DNA of 64,000 nucleotides, taken from contig CAWDOY010000008.1 of the NCBI GenBank assembly GCA_963803975.1, positions 1 through 64,000 of the forward strand. The letters run 5' to 3'. The notes under the pieces were generated by a model. It had not been told where the DNA came from. It worked only from the letters and a program-made list of their open reading frames with translations, and did no database searches. The DNA comes from an uncultured delta proteobacterium (lineage in GTDB: Bacteria; Desulfobacterota; WTBG01; CAIYCZ01). The translations under genes were made by a program, and so were the position numbers. Below, in pieces: positions 20,027 through 30,106 of the stretch (positions are counted from its first letter, which is position 1; every line of letters begins with the position of its first letter).

Positions 20027-21061
20027 TTACGGCTCATCATCGGAGCGCTCTGCGCGGGGAGCGGCAGGGGGTTTTGTGACCGGGGACGCTGCAAACAGCG
20101 CGGCCCCTTCGGCGACGGTCACGGTCTTTACCCCCTTCTTGTTGAGCCAGGCGGAAAATTCCTCAAGCTTCTCGACAGACCACGGCTCCCATCCGGTGTT
20201 ATCGCCGATGCCATGGAAGCAGAAAACCACCCAGCCGTCATTTTCAATGGCATAGCGCTTGACCAGCTTTTTCAGCGAGCTGACGGTGTCATCGCTGCGC
20301 ACCACGAATCGTCCGATGGAGTGCGGATCAAAACCTTCCCTCCAGTTGGCGTGATTGCCGCCGCTGGCTATCACGGCATAGTGCGGCTCGCTCAAGTCCC
20401 TGAGCCCTGCCGGCCAGCTGTTGTAGGGGGTGATGTAGGTGGTTATTTTACACCCCATCTTTTCAAGCTCTTTTTTTGAAAATTCAATTTCCCGCTCGCA
20501 GGAAACCGAACGGATAGCAAGCTTGCCGGTTCGCACTGAGCCGACCGGCCGCACGTACAGCTGACCGCGCTGGCTGTCAAAGTAGTAGCTTCCGGGGGAT
20601 TGACGCAAAGCGTCCATGGAAGCGGCTGCGTTCATGATACTGCTGCCATCAAGGAGCCCGGCAATATTCTCATAGGCATACGGCGCCCGGTAAATATTCA
20701 GTTTTTTATCCTCTTTTTCCCAGCCGGTTATCTTTTCCTGGCTGTATACTGTTGGAATTTTTTTGGGATTGCTGTGCGTCAGGCCGTGTGATGCCACTTC
20801 CCATCCCTGCCCTTGCAGATCGAGAATCTGCTTGATGGTCATGAACTCTTTGCCGCCGTACACGCAGTAGGCATAGGTGATGCCGATGGTCGCCACCTGG
20901 CGGTTGCGCTTCAGCACCGGCAGCGCATGGCTGTAAACACTGGCAAGCCCGTCATCAAACGTGAAGCTCACCATCCCTGCCTGACAGCGCGTACCGGCCA
21001 TAGGCAGCATAATCGCCGACAGCATGATCAGGATGCCAAACACTGTTTTTTTCTTCGTCAT
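20027..21061 (-). CDS. secreted polysaccharide deacetylase (CE4/NodB-like) with an inserted domain
   Basis: Signal peptide, FTFDDG, EVASHGLTH, PY, FCFH. Confidence 0.8.
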   Translation of the reverse strand: MTKKKTVFGILIMLSAIMLPMAGTRCQAGMVSFTFDDGLASVYSHALPVLKRNRQVATIGITYAYCVYGGKEFMTIKQILDLQGQGWEVASHGLTHSNPKKIPTVYSQEKITGWEKEDKKLNIYRAPYAYENIAGLLDGSSIMNAAASMDALRQSPGSYYFDSQRGQLYVRPVGSVRTGKLAIRSVSCEREIEFSKKELEKMGCKITTYITPYNSWPAGLRDLSEPHYAVIASGGNHANWREGFDPHSIGRFVVRSDDTVSSLKKLVKRYAIENDGWVVFCFHGIGDNTGWEPWSVEKLEEFSAWLNKKGVKTVTVAEGAALFAASPVTKPPAAPRAERSDDEP

Positions 21062-21365
21062 ATACACGTCGACTCCCGGATTGCAGGAAACTGTTTCAGG
21101 GGACGGGGTTATCATAAGGGCACGCGTGTTTCCTTCCACGTACCGCCATTGTTCAACAGCCAGCTATTTTATTACTATATATGGCGAAGCAGTGCAAAAG
21201 ATTTTCAGGCAGAAGACGGACGGGTCAAGAAAAAAGCGGCAGCAAAATGCTGAAATTATCCTTATCTCAATTAATCGCTTGGGAATATTAAAAATTATAG
21301 TGACACACACAGGTTAACTTGGTATATTGATAAAGAAATTCGGAACAAAAAGGAGGTGGATACCG

Positions 21366-21503
21366 GTGGCGTCAAATACCATAAAAACGAAGGCTATTCG
21401 CAGGCGGAAAGCGCGGCCCAACAGGGCAAACCTGAAGGCGGATCAGAAACGCCTGAAGAATAATTTAGTTACCCTTGCAAAATGTGCTGCAGAAGATAAG
21501 TAA
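21366..21503 (+). CDS. small basic protein (45 aa), not in the ORF track
   Basis: AGGAGG RBS then GTG; MASNTIKTKAIRRRKARPNRANLKADQKRLKNNLVTLAKCAAEDK*. Confidence 0.65.
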   Translation: MASNTIKTKAIRRRKARPNRANLKADQKRLKNNLVTLAKCAAEDK

Positions 21504-21606
21504 TGAATCTCCCGACGCCAACCATCGGTTTACGGGAATGAGCACGAAAGCCAGCCAACGCAAGGTGTCATTGTTTACTCGAACATCCCTCATAAACCCC
21601 GGTCAT

Positions 21607-21639
21607 AAAAAAACCCTGGAAGACGTGCCTTGCCAGGGG
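21607..21639 (-). terminator. rho-independent terminator on minus strand without an adjacent minus-strand CDS
   Basis: CCCTGG/CCAGGG stem followed by T7 on minus. Confidence 0.55.
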
Positions 21640-21760
21640 TGAAGGTTATTAATGGCGTTCGCCGCTTGTATATATACGGATGGCGCCGTAAAAGGTTAAG
21701 ATTATTTTCATTGCACATATGCATGCACAGTGAAACACGCTGTTTCAACCGAGGAATACC

Positions 21761-22132
21761 ATGGTAGCAGTGCAAACCGCAGAAGAGCTCATTAAAGCCA
21801 TTCAAAAAAATGAGCAGGAAATATTAATTGATGATGAAGAACTCGCGCGCAGAATCCTTAGTTACCGGCGCATAAAAACCTTCACCCGGCGGCTGCTGGC
21901 CGGCGTCGCTATTGTGGCGATCGCGGGCATACTCCTCTCATTTTTTTTCGGCGAGGTCCCGGCACTGATGGCAGCGGCCCTCACCTCGCTTGGCGTTGCC
22001 GCGCTTCTTATTGAGATATTCCTGGGGATGCGGATTATCGGCATCGCGTGCCTGTACACACTGGATAAAAATTACAGTATTGACCTGGTAGGCTGTTCAA
22101 CACTCAAGATACGCGTTAACAGGATACGATAG
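21761..22132 (+). CDS. hypothetical membrane protein
   Basis: RBS GAGG, two hydrophobic helices. Confidence 0.65.
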   Translation: MVAVQTAEELIKAIQKNEQEILIDDEELARRILSYRRIKTFTRRLLAGVAIVAIAGILLSFFFGEVPALMAAALTSLGVAALLIEIFLGMRIIGIACLYTLDKNYSIDLVGCSTLKIRVNRIR

Positions 22133-22196
22133 CAGTTCCCCTGCAAGTCCGCCCCTCTCGCGCCGCAACCCGCCGCGCCCTTCAGCCTGAGCCAGC

Positions 22197-23594
22197 TTAT
22201 TTAAAATCTTCCGCTTTCAAGCCGTATTTTTTCATCAGCCGGTAGAAGTCTCCCCGATAGCGCTGTGCCAGCTTTGCAGCCTGCACCACATTCCCCTTTG
22301 CCTGTGACAACAGCTGTATCAGGTACCCCTTCTCAAAATTTTCCTTTGCCATTTTATACGCCGGATTGCTGCTGCCGGCGGAGGAAATCTGCCCATCGCC
22401 GGCGCGCGTCATATGCATGAGATCCTGTTCATCAATGAGGTTGTGCGTGGTGAGTATTACTGCCCGCTCGATGACGTTTTTCAATTCCCGGACATTGCCC
22501 GGCCAGTGATACAGCATCATCTTCTGCATGGCAGCCGGTGTCACCCCGGTGACATCTTTCCCCATCTCGGTGCGGTATTGGTGCACAAACAAATCCACCA
22601 GCAGCGGTATGTCTTCCCTGCGCTCCCGCAGCGGCGGCAGATATATGGGCACCACATGAATGCGGTAAAAAAGGTCTTCGCGAAACGCTCCCCGCTCCAC
22701 GGCCTGCCGCAGGTCCTTATTCGAGGCAACAATTACCCGCACATCCACCTTGATGGCGCGCTCTCCGCCCAGGGGCCTGAGCTCCCGTTCCTGCAAGACC
22801 CGCAACAGCTTGACCTGCAGGGCCGGGCTGGTGTCGCCGATTTCATCCAGAAATATGGTGCCCCGGTCTGCCTGGGCAAAAAGTCCCATCCGGGTTTCCC
22901 GCGCATCAGTGTAAGCTCCCTTCGTATGGCCGAACAGCTCATTTTCAAGCAGTCCCTCCGGCAGCGCCCCGCAGTTCAGGGCAACAAAGGAGCCTTTGGC
23001 GCGGCGGCTCTGGAGATGGATAATCTGGGCAATCAGCTCTTTGCCGGTGCCGCTTTCACCGTAAATGGCAATCGTTGCATCAGTCTGCGCCGCCCGCTCT
23101 ACCTGGCCCAATACTTCTTTCATGCGCGGGCTCTGGGCCGCCATGTTTTTTGCCTGGAACCGCTCCTGGAGCATGGTTTCCAGGCTGGCAACCCGTTGCG
23201 ACAGGCGCTGTTTTTCCAGGGCATTTTTTATGTGCACGGTCAGCTCTTCCGGCTTGTACGGCTTGGTGAGATAGCTGTATGCGCCTTTTTGTACCGCCTC
23301 TACCGCATTCTCGATGCTGCCGTGCGCGGTCAGTATAATGACCGGGAGCCGGGGGTTAATAAGGAACAGCTGCTCCATCACCTTCAGGCCGTCTTCTTCC
23401 GGCCCCAGTTTCAGGTCGACAATGGCCAGGTCAAGAACTGCCCTCCTGGCCTCGCTCAGCGCCTCTGCACTATTTGTTGCCGCGATGACCTCATAGCCCA
23501 GAGAGGTGAGCCGCATCCGTATCAGCTCGCGGATGTTCGGCTCATCATCAACGACCAGAATTTTTGCATTGTCTGTTTCACGGCTTTCCGGCAT
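22197..23594 (-). CDS. sigma-54-dependent response regulator (GlrR/NtrC-like)
   Basis: REC domain (VVDDE, LTAHG, KP), Walker A GESGTGKE, GAYTDA loop, FLDEIG, FREDLFYR, WPGNVREL, Fis-type HTH. Confidence 0.92.
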   Translation of the reverse strand: MPESRETDNAKILVVDDEPNIRELIRMRLTSLGYEVIAATNSAEALSEARRAVLDLAIVDLKLGPEEDGLKVMEQLFLINPRLPVIILTAHGSIENAVEAVQKGAYSYLTKPYKPEELTVHIKNALEKQRLSQRVASLETMLQERFQAKNMAAQSPRMKEVLGQVERAAQTDATIAIYGESGTGKELIAQIIHLQSRRAKGSFVALNCGALPEGLLENELFGHTKGAYTDARETRMGLFAQADRGTIFLDEIGDTSPALQVKLLRVLQERELRPLGGERAIKVDVRVIVASNKDLRQAVERGAFREDLFYRIHVVPIYLPPLRERREDIPLLVDLFVHQYRTEMGKDVTGVTPAAMQKMMLYHWPGNVRELKNVIERAVILTTHNLIDEQDLMHMTRAGDGQISSAGSSNPAYKMAKENFEKGYLIQLLSQAKGNVVQAAKLAQRYRGDFYRLMKKYGLKAEDFK

Positions 23595-24157
23595 TGTGCA
23601 TATCCTTCTTCTGCTGCTGGAACTGGAGGTCCACCTTTTTAAAAAGCTCCAGCTTTTTTTTAAGCCGCTCGTTTTCAGCCGCAAGCCTGGCTATCCGGCG
23701 GTCTTTTTCATCGCTATGCGCTGCGGCACTGTGAAATCCGTGCCTGTCTCGTCCTGCAGCTCTTTTTGCGCCTGAGCGACTGCGGGAAAGGATGTTCACC
23801 CATGCCGTGCTTTCATGCCTGAGAGCGCTTTGCGGGCACTCTTGTATAAGCTTCCGGAAATACTGAAGTGCCCGGGAATAATTTTCCGCGGCAGGGCCCA
23901 ATTGCACCAGGCTGAGCCCTGCATAAAAAAGCGCCCGGTCATAAAAAGCGCCTCCGGGGTGCTGCGCAATGAGCGCCGCACACTGGTCCAGGGAGCGCTG
24001 GTACTGACCCAATTGGTAGCTGCGCTCGATCTGTTCAAAGGTTTCGCTATCGCTGCCGCGGTAGGTGCTGGTAATCAGGCTGCAGCCGGCACACAGCGCC
24101 ATCAGGAGACACGCGGAAATAAAAGCCCTGATGGTCTTTTCTGAGAAAGTTCTGCAT
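23578..24157 (-). CDS. lipoprotein with TPR and coiled coil (QseG/YfhG-like position)
   Basis: Lipobox LCAGC; signal MQNFLRKTIRAFISACLL restored by removing one A from a homopolymer; lies between kinase and regulator. Confidence 0.65.
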
Positions 24158-24208
24158 CGTAAAATCCCACTCAGTCCCTGCCTCTGCCGTTAATAGCATA
24201 GGCATGTG

Positions 24209-25743
24209 TCAGATACCTGCCGGCGCGGCTGCCTGCGCAAGCGGAAGCAGGATATGGAAGGTGCTTCCTCCTGCAGGTGCGCTCTCAGCCCGGATGACGC
24301 CGCCATGGTCCTCTATGATATGCTTGACAATGGCCAGGCCCAGGCCTGACCCTCGGTTCTGAACCCCTGCCCGGCCCTGATAGAATTTATCAAAAATCCG
24401 CGGCAGGTCTTCCGGGGGAATTCCCACGCCGGTGTCTGCGACAGAGATTTCGAGAAACATTTTATGCGCCGTCAGTGCATAGCCGCTTGCAGCACGGTTT
24501 GTGCTGTTCACTGCAAACTGTTCACTATCCACGGTCCGAGCGCTTACGCGCACGCTGCCGCCACCGGGAGTGAACTTTATAGCATTGCCCAGGAGGTTAA
24601 TCAAGCACTGTGCCATCTTGGCCCGGTCGATCATGGCCCGGGGAAGACCCGCGTCAGGGGTAAACGCGATGCGTAATCTTTTTACTTTCCGCAAGCAGCC
24701 GCACGGAATCAACAGCTTCGGTGATTACCTCTGCGATATCAGATGGCATAAATTGATAGTGGAGAAGCCCTGACTCCATTTTGGAAAGATCGATAATGCT
24801 CTCAATCAGCCGCAGCAGGCGCGCTGCATCTTCCCTGATGATAGCGAGCAGGTGCTTCTGTTCCGGTGATATGGTCCCGCCGATTCCTTCAAGCAGGAGG
24901 TTATTGGCCTCGGTAATTGATGCCAGCGGAGTTTTTAAATCGTGCGTGATGTTTGAAATAAAATCCGCCTTCAGCTGGTCAAGTTCCCGCAGGCGATCAC
25001 ACATCTGGTTGAATGACGCGGAAACCTCGCCGATTTCATCGGCGCTGCTAATCTCTATTTTCTTTAAAAAGTCGCCCTGCGCTATATCCCGGGTGCCCTG
25101 TTTCAGCCGCTGCAGGGGGATATAAAAAGCCCTGGTGATGATAAAGCCGAAGGCAACCCCGCACAGTATGGCAAAGAAGGTGATAAACAGCGCGATCCTC
25201 GTCCCCCGCCTGCTTATCTTCTGAGATGACAGCATCTTGTTATCAAGAGTGCGCCGGGCTGCTTCGTTTAAAGACCTGATGCGCGCGCTGAGTATCATCG
25301 AGAAGCTGCTGCCGGCCGCCATCACCCTTCTCAGCGCTGCTCGCCGAACCCATGAATCCCCTGTTGACCAGGTCCACGTAGCGCTGGTAAGAAATCCGGA
25401 TAGCGCTGACCATGTCTCTGGTCTCTGTATGGTCACTGAGCGCGGCCAGGGCATCAAGCCGGGCAAAGCATTCCCGGGCATTGTCGGTAAACAGCTTCCT
25501 GAAGGCAGCATCTCTGGTTATGATGAATTTTTTTTCATTGCTTGCCTGCACCAGCAGTGAATTCAAAAGAGACTCAGAGCCTTTCAGAATTTCAGAATCA
25601 ACGGCAAGGGCAGTGTTGATGTGCCGGTCGAGGCGGTTAAGCTGGATAATGGCATAGAGGCTTATTATCAATACCGATAAAAACATCAAGGCAAAGCCGC
25701 TGGCAAGTTTTTGTCTGATGGTGAACTGTGCTGGTCTCTTCAT
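24209..25743 (-). CDS. membrane sensor histidine kinase (GlrK-like), three ORF pieces
   Basis: TM-periplasmic-TM, HAMP, H-box THDLKTPL, N-box NLLGNAIKF, DTGVG, GSGLGL. Confidence 0.88.
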
Positions 25744-25915
25744 CCCGGCTGATCCCCGCGTTGCTGCAGGAAGATAATAACACCATGCACTGAAATAATC
25801 AAAACATCTTCAATCCCGGTCTTAAAAATGCCCTTACATTTCAATGTATTATGGGATATATACATACTGTTTTATCTGCAATCTCACATCGATAGCGAAG
25901 GAAGGAGTTAATGTA

Positions 25916-26549
25916 ATGTTAGTGCTTGGATTTTTAGGAAGCCCGAGGGTCAACGGTCACTGCTCAAAGCTGCTCAAAAAAGCGCTCGAGGGCGCAGAGA
26001 GCAGGGGTGCTGTCACCAAACGCTATGACCTGATAAAGCTCAATATCAAATACTGCATGGGCTGCAACACCTGCTTCGCAATAATCCCGATTTGCTCGAT
26101 TGGCAAGTGCCCCCTCAAGGATGATATGGCGGCCATACTGGAAGAGTATGTGAAGGCGGACGGCTATATCTTTGCCTCACCGGTCTATGATGCCAATGTG
26201 ACCGCCCTGATGAAAACATTTCTTGAGCGAAAAATCATGCTCTCCTACAAGGCGCCGGATGCCTTCGGAAAGCTTCCCGAGTCACGCTGCCCGGCAAATT
26301 TTAAACGAAAGCTGCCTTTATTGTTACCGGAAGCTGCCGCGGATGAATTCAAGGAGGTCATGGCTGACCCCTGCTTTGAGGCCATCGAATCGCACCTGAT
26401 GCTGGAGCAGGTTGATACCGCCCATGAGATGTACGTGGGCGGTCTTGAAAATATAACCGAGGAGCGGTTTCGCGGAGCGGCTCGATGAGGCATACCGGCT
26501 CGGGGCACACCTGGTCGATGAAATTGAGAAGGAACTCAAGGCAGGCTGA
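25916..26549 (+). CDS. iron-sulfur flavoprotein (multimeric flavodoxin family)
   Basis: GSPRVNG, CMGCNTC...C, KDDM, ASPVY, MKTFLER; local frameshifts. Confidence 0.82.
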
Positions 26550-26574
26550 GCCGCTGCCGGCGCTGTAAACGCTT

Positions 26575-27223
26575 CTATTCGAAAACCTTCTTTATGGTCC
26601 TGAACACTTCCTTCTGCGGATCGGGCTGCAGCGCCAGGCGGTCGCGCAGGAACTTCTCTATGTCGCGCGCCATTTTCTGGGGCGGCAGCTTCCGCGCACA
26701 GAGATAGGAAATATTTTCAACCAGCTCATCTTTAAGCCGCCGGTCAACCCGGGCGCCGGGGGAGATAGCCCCGTGCGCCTGAAGAGCTTTTATAATTTTT
26801 TCTGCCTGCTCTGCTTTGGAAGGCGCTTTCTGCCGCGGCGGAATAACGGTTCTTTTTCGTAACAAAATCAATAAAGGAAGCACTGTCCTGCCGGTCGCAG
26901 CCCTGGACCTGAACTTCCCGGTCTGATGAAACAATGCGCGCGGGGATATGCAGTGCCACGGCGTCTTCGCCGCATTCGCGGATCACCTCATCTGCCGAAC
27001 GCGGCGCGGAGTACCGCACAACCAGGCTTCCCCCGCCCATTGATTCTACAGCAGCAGCACCGTCCCCATCAAAGACCAGGATCCATTCCTCCCCGTTCCT
27101 GAGAACTCCTCTGCACAAATCGATGAGCCAGTCCCGGGCTTTTTGATTTCCGTGCACCTCCTCAATGCCTTTGCTCTCCGGATTTGTTCTGATTATATTA
27201 TAGGCGTCAATGATAATGCGCAT
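26575..27223 (-). CDS. NYN/YacP-like PIN-fold protein (frameshifted)
   Basis: IIDAYNI, LVFDG, SADEVI, VSSDRE; C-terminus in ORF 26575-26934. Confidence 0.75.
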
Positions 27224-27631
27224 ACCATCCTCTCCATAAAAACATGCTGCTCTGTTCAATCCAAAAATATCATCATGAAAATATAATTAGCACATGCTAT
27301 CATAGAACTACAGAAAATTACCGGATGCAGAAAAACAGAATAATTCATGGGCAGCAGTAATAATAGTGCTTGCTTTTCATATATAGCCATGATAATTATT
27401 TTTTTCAGTACACCGTTGTTGAGTTTTTTTAGATCTCAAGCAGAACATGTTTGTTTTAGTAAAGCTGGAGCATAGAACCTGTAGCAGAAGAATATAATCG
27501 CACCTATGGTGTTTCGCTCGAACCGTGGCTGCGATTTTTTTATTGCGGAAGAACTCACGTTGGCTGTACTTATTCTGTTCCGCCTCAGTGCGGATTTGTA
27601 ACAACATTTAAGATTAAGAAAGGATTTTTAC

Positions 27632-27832
27632 ATGGAAAACGGAACAGTAAAATGGTTTAATGGGAAAAAAGGCTTTGGGTTCATTGAACGGCAGGGCGGT
27701 GATGATGTATTTGTTCACTACTCAGCTATAGCCGGCACCGGGTTCAAAAACCTGAACGAGGGTGACCAGGTTACCTTTGAAGTCGAAAACGGCCCGAAGG
27801 GTCCCCAGGCAGTTAACGTTAGCAAAGTCTAA
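27632..27832 (+). CDS. cspA: cold-shock protein
   Basis: [30 protein letters not shown]. Confidence 0.95.
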   Translation: MENGTVKWFNGKKGFGFIERQGGDDVFVHYSAIAGTGFKNLNEGDQVTFEVENGPKGPQAVNVSKV

Positions 27833-27849
27833 CTATCATACCTGAACAG

Positions 27850-27890
27850 AAATCCCAACCTAACGAGCGATAGGTTGGGATTTTTTATTT
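27850..27890 (+). terminator. rho-independent terminator
   Basis: AAATCCCAACCTA/TAGGTTGGGATTT stem plus T-run after csp. Confidence 0.85.
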
Positions 27891-28116
27891 CCGGAACAGA
27901 ACCTGTGCTATACTGCCACGCATGCTGAGCTTTTCGAAGGGCTGCGGGAGCATTATCAAGCATCTTCGTTGTATCGCATAGGTCAGCGTATTTGCGAATC
28001 GAAGCACTAAGCGAGATAAATTTTTTTCAAGAATTGCCGGATAGCATTGATTATCTGTAAAGAGACGGTATAATTCAAATAAGCGGCTGCGTTATTACAA
28101 CATCTATCATCATACC

Positions 28117-28830
28117 ATGTCAGAGCATTATTATCTAACGATAGCACTAATTCTGCTGATCATGTCAACAGCACTCTTCCTGCTGTTTCGCAGGGAACGG
28201 GCGAAGGTGAAAAAGTTTGAGCTGGAAATGACGAACCTGTCCGGCGTGCCGTTTGAAAAAGTGCCGGAACCAACGCTCCAGGATGAGGGTGCGTATCGTA
28301 TTGTCGAGGCTGAGCGCAGCAGGGTCTGGAAAAATTTTTCCTCAGAAACGGTGCTGACTGCTGACTATGTTCTGGCCCTTAACCGGGAGCTCGTGGCAAA
28401 AATTGCGGCGGTCTATTACCCGGACACCGAAGAGCCGCTGTATCAGGTGTCCGTGCTGGGGCTGCTGCATCTTTTCAAGCGGGTTGCTGAGCGCCTTGAA
28501 GGCTATCTCAACAAGTTTCCGCTCACCGTCCTGCGGGACAGAACCATCGCGGAGATGATGTTCCTGCATAGCGGGTATGTAAAGGTTAAGGAAAACCCGG
28601 TGGTAAAATTTCTGGGAAATAAATTTGTAAATACCGCACGAAAACTTGTCTGGGGGGCCTATAATGTATCAAATCCCTGGTTCTACGGCAGGCAGATTGT
28701 GTGGTCAGTGGGTAAGGAACTGGGGATGCGCTACCTGCTGACACTCATCTTTACTATTGTCGGCGAGGAAGCGGTGCTGTTATACCGCAGCAAAAAAACA
28801 GCCATCAATCCCGAACGCGTTCGGGATTGA
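28117..28830 (+). CDS. hypothetical membrane-anchored protein
   Basis: 237-aa ORF with an N-terminal TM helix. Confidence 0.7.
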   Translation: MSEHYYLTIALILLIMSTALFLLFRRERAKVKKFELEMTNLSGVPFEKVPEPTLQDEGAYRIVEAERSRVWKNFSSETVLTADYVLALNRELVAKIAAVYYPDTEEPLYQVSVLGLLHLFKRVAERLEGYLNKFPLTVLRDRTIAEMMFLHSGYVKVKENPVVKFLGNKFVNTARKLVWGAYNVSNPWFYGRQIVWSVGKELGMRYLLTLIFTIVGEEAVLLYRSKKTAINPERVRD

Positions 28831-28837
28831 TGGCGTG

Positions 28838-29978
28838 TTACCGCTCATTGTCCTCAAGCTCTATCTTCAGCGACAGGAACTGCAGCAGGTCTTTCAAGGT
28901 CACCATCCCGAGCAAACGGTCGCCGCTCACCACCATGAGGCGCGACACTCCGCGCTGACTCATCCGGGCAAGCGCTTTTGTGGCATCAGCTTCCTGCTGT
29001 ATGCAGTTCTCAGCTGAGCACTGCTCCATGACCGCGCTGACGGGGGTGCTTTCCCATGCCTCACGCGGCAGCTCTTTTACCTGCCGGGTGCTGATGCAGC
29101 CGGCAAGCCGTTCGCCTTCCACTACCGGAAACATTTTATAGTGATAGCGGTATACGTAGTCTTCTATCAGTTCCCGGATGGTGATATGGGGCGGCACGGT
29201 CACCGGGTTTAAGCGCATGAACCTCCCTACCGGCTCACCCTGTAAAGCCCGCGTCATAATGCACCTGCTGGTAGGACATGTCAGCAGCGCGCTTAATGAA
29301 CATGCCAATTATTATAAACCAGAATCCCCCGATGAAATTTCCCCACATCACAATCAGGGCTCCCGTAATAATCAGCAGCATGCTGAATACTGAACCGGCA
29401 CGGGCTGCTATTCTGGTTGCCCAGCGAAGATTATCCTTCCAGCCCCAGAGAGCTGCCCGCAGGATGCGGCCGCCATCCATGGGAAAAGCCGGTATGAGAT
29501 TAAATACAGCAAGCACTATATTGATCGAGGCAAGATAATCTATGACCGCTGTTATCAGCTCTGGCCACTGATGGTACTTCCCGAAAAAGGCAACTCCATA
29601 AAACACCAGGCCAAGCAGCACGCTGGAAGCAGGCCCTGCTGCAGCCATCAGCAACTCTGTTTTGGCATTCTCAGGCTGATCCTCCATCTCTGCAACGCCC
29701 CCGAAAATAAAGAGCGTGATGCCGCTGATGGGCAGCCCGTACTGTTTTGCAACCAGCGAATGGGAAAGCTCGTGAAAGATGATTGAAGCAAACAGGCCGA
29801 TGGCTCCCGCTGCTCCCATCAGCCAGTAGTAGCTCTGCGGATATGTTTCATTCAGGGTAGACGGGAACCGCCCCTTGGCGAGCGACCAGGTGACAAGAAC
29901 TGCAAGCACCACCCAGCTCATGTCAACCCGCACGGCAAAACCAAACAGCTTAAAAAGGGTTATCCGGTTGCCAAACAT
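28838..29978 (-). CDS. site-2 (M50) zinc metalloprotease with CBS pair (frameshift near 29240)
   Basis: HELSH, AAAGP, NLIPAFPMDGG; CBS domains in ORF 28838-29308. Confidence 0.9.
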
Positions 29979-30106
29979 ACGAGCACTCTGGCTGTCAGCG
30001 TTCAGTTGTCAGAGTATCACTTGACTCGTGATCCGTGAAACGTGAAAAGGGGAAGGTGAAAATAAAATTCCGACTCACCCATTCACCGATTCACCTTTGT
30101 GCCTCC

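Noticed and set aside
21638..21692. Fluoride-riboswitch-like words (ATGGCGTTCGCC...GATGGCGCC) on the plus strand
   Set aside because: Lacks the 5' GGCGA needed for the first stem and the usual 3' CTAC; the downstream gene is not a fluoride exporter
22413..23642. 409-aa plus-strand ORF and other long antisense ORFs
   Set aside because: Shadow frames opposite well-supported genes, with no motifs of their own
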